Below the pieces are notes generated by a model. That model was not told the origin of the DNA. It saw only the letters and a list, made by a program, of their open reading frames with translations, and searched no databases. From positions 416,001 through 480,000 of the forward strand of contig CAWFQK010000001.1 of the NCBI GenBank assembly GCA_963817955.1: DNA of 64,000 nt, read 5' to 3'. This stretch comes from an uncultured Gemmatimonadaceae bacterium (GTDB lineage: Bacteria > Gemmatimonadota > Gemmatimonadetes > Gemmatimonadales > Gemmatimonadaceae). Shown here piece after piece: positions 62,203-64,000 of this stretch. Positions within the stretch are counted from its first letter, which is position 1; the number at the start of each line of letters is the position of its first letter. The position numbers were made by a program, and so were the translations under genes.

Positions 62203-63216
62203 ATCGCTGAAGAGAAGGGCCATCTCGTCGTCCAACTCGAAGCACCAGAGGGGCAGAAGCTGGCGGAGTATCTCGCGCCGGCACTGAAAAGCGTCCTCCT
62301 CCGACTCAGCCGCGTCGAACAGGCGAAAGACTACGCCACCCGCGCCATGGGCGCGCTGAGAGGCTTTGCAAGCGTGTTCAAGGTTTCAATCGGCGAGGTC
62401 GGGTTCGGCGTCGCCGAGCCGCCAACCGCCGACAGCGGCAACATCGAGTTTGATCTTCCCGAGTTACTCATCGCGACAGCGCAAGCGGCGAAAGCCGCGG
62501 ACACAAGCGTCGCCGTCTTCGTCGATGAGGTCCAATACCTGTCGGAGGAAGACCTCCGTGCACTGATCGTTGCGCTGCATCGCGTCGCGCAAAAGGGCTT
62601 ACCTCTCGTCCTCTTTGGCGCCGGGCTTCCGCAGGTAGCCGCTCTTGCCGGAGAGGCGAAGTCTTACGCCGAACGGCTGTTCGACTATCCGGAAGTCGGC
62701 CCTCTCGATCCTTCGGCGGCAGAGCGTGCGGTACGGGAACCCGTCCGCTCTGAAGGGGCGGACATTGACGCTGGAGCACTGCACGAGATCGTCGAGGTAA
62801 CCCAAGGCTATCCGTACTTCCTGCAGGAATGGGGTAAGCATGCCTGGAACACTGCGCCACGATCTCCAATCACCGCGGAGGATGTCGAAATGGCCAGCAG
62901 GTCTGCGACCGACGCATTGGACAAGAACTTCTTCCGAGTCCGGTTCGACAGGCTCACTCCGCGCGAACAGGATTATCTGCGGGCGATGGCGGACCTCGGC
63001 CCAGGACCGCACCGGTCCGGGGCGATCGCTGAGAAGCTCGGGGCGGCCGTGGAGAACCTCGGTCCGCTGCGGAGCGGCCTCATAAAAAAGGGTATGATTT
63101 GGAGCCCGTCGCACGGCAATACGGCCTTTACTGTACCCATGTTCGACGCGTTCATGCGACGCGCGATCCCGGTTTGGCAGGCACCAGCCGCACCCAAGCG
63201 CCGGGGGGGACTGTGA
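62203..63216 (+). pseudogene. 5'-truncated second copy of ATPase-2 (no Walker A)
   Basis: Match to 39965 begins at ATCGCTGAAGAG, fused to the ATPase-3 promoter region. Confidence 0.88.
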
Positions 63217-63417
63217 CCAGTGGTGCGTTGTCAGTTGTCAGTTGTCAGTTGTGAGTTGTGAGTTGTGAGTGTACGGGGCATGCGCACCAGGGCGCCTGGC
63301 ATGCAGGCCACTATCGCCGGTCGGCGAGGTTCGGGTGTCCAGTTGTGAGTTGTGAGTTATGAGTTTCTAAAAACGCATAACTCACAAATGGCAACTCGAA
63401 ACTCGCCGACCGGTGGG
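63212..63417 (+). repeat. R element copy 12 (right module missing)
   Basis: Leader, left module and full hairpin; stops after CCGGTGGG. Confidence 0.93.
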
Positions 63418-63550
63418 GCGACTTCTGAGCTGTCTGACAGCCCGCAGCCGTTGGCTCTCCGTTCACACTTCGCCACCCCGTCCAAGCGCCGCGGCTTGCA
63501 GCGCGGTGATCTTCCGGGCGGCGACCGTGACGCGAGGAAGCGCCACTCCG

Positions 63551-64000
63551 TCAGAGCGTTCCGAGTTGTTGGGCCCACCGGAGCCAGTGACCGAGGAGCG
63601 GGTCCTCCAGCCGGTACTCCACGACGCCCTGGCTCCCAGTCTCGCGCACGAGACCTCGTGCATCGAGCGCGTGGAGCGCCCGGTGCATGGACCCGGGAGG
63701 GACGCGGTACCTGCGCGTCACGTCTGCGGAGAGGAGGCCGCGACCGTGCTCGAGCACGACTGCCTTGAGCGCGCGCTTCTGCTGGAGGGTGAGCGAGTTC
63801 CAGATCTGCGTGTACGCCGCATCCTCCTGCCCCAGCACCCGCTCGAGAGCAGCATCCACCAAGGCATCCGTGAGCGTGGAAGTCGTGGCTCCTCCGCGGG
63901 ACGGGGTTACCCGAAGCATCTCCCAGCACTCGTGGGCGAGTCGTTGCACCGTGTAGGGAACGTCCTCGGCGCGGTCCAGGATGTGGAGCAAGGCCGCCTC
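63551..64000 (-). CDS. C-terminal part of another ATPase-wHTH protein (runs off the window)
   Basis: VPYTVQRLAHECW..WNSLT..Q..AL..YRLEDPLLGHWL. Confidence 0.7.
   Translation of the reverse strand, partial: EAALLHILDRAEDVPYTVQRLAHECWEMLRVTPSRGGATTSTLTDALVDAALERVLGQEDAAYTQIWNSLTLQQKRALKAVVLEHGRGLLSADVTRRYRVPPGSMHRALHALDARGLVRETGSQGVVEYRLEDPLLGHWLRWAQQLGTL

Noticed and set aside
39309..63417. R copies as integron attC sites
   Set aside because: No RYYYAAC/GTTRRRY box pair frames the hairpin, no intI is visible, intervening genes lie on both strands with their own promoters, and R also follows housekeeping genes. Kept only as an analogy.

Overview
High-GC bacterial chromosome segment. Gene style suggests Gemmatimonadota, which is inference only. 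The left half (1-35 kb) holds housekeeping and carbohydrate genes (mak-treS, glgE, thrA, lhgO, S8 protease, a glycosylation operon, tkt), interspersed with toxin-antitoxin (TA) modules, secreted proteins and an IS3 element inserted in a nucleotidyltransferase toxin. The right half (35-64 kb) is a dense island of TA modules and ATPase-wHTH genes. Four genes (AAA ATPase, TsdA-like cytochrome, DUF234-type ATPase, Fic) and a nucleotidyltransferase fragment occur twice, on the same strand but in permuted order. The most striking signal is non-coding: a ~240-bp structured repeat (called R here) at 12 loci, built on a ~50-bp hairpin containing heptamer runs. One copy is split exactly at the hairpin apex by a 7x24-bp tandem array plus a four-helix-bundle (IVS/Avd-like) gene, and two half copies break at the same apex. 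A second, unrelated long inverted repeat (16-377) encloses what looks like a GxxExxY gene remnant. A third, REP-like family (GTCATCCTGAGC type) joins R at a conserved junction. Together these suggest hairpin-encased small-gene elements that punctuate, and may help shuffle, the TA/defence array. Several single-base frameshifts look like long-read errors. No rRNA, tRNA, CRISPR array, integrase or reverse transcriptase was seen.
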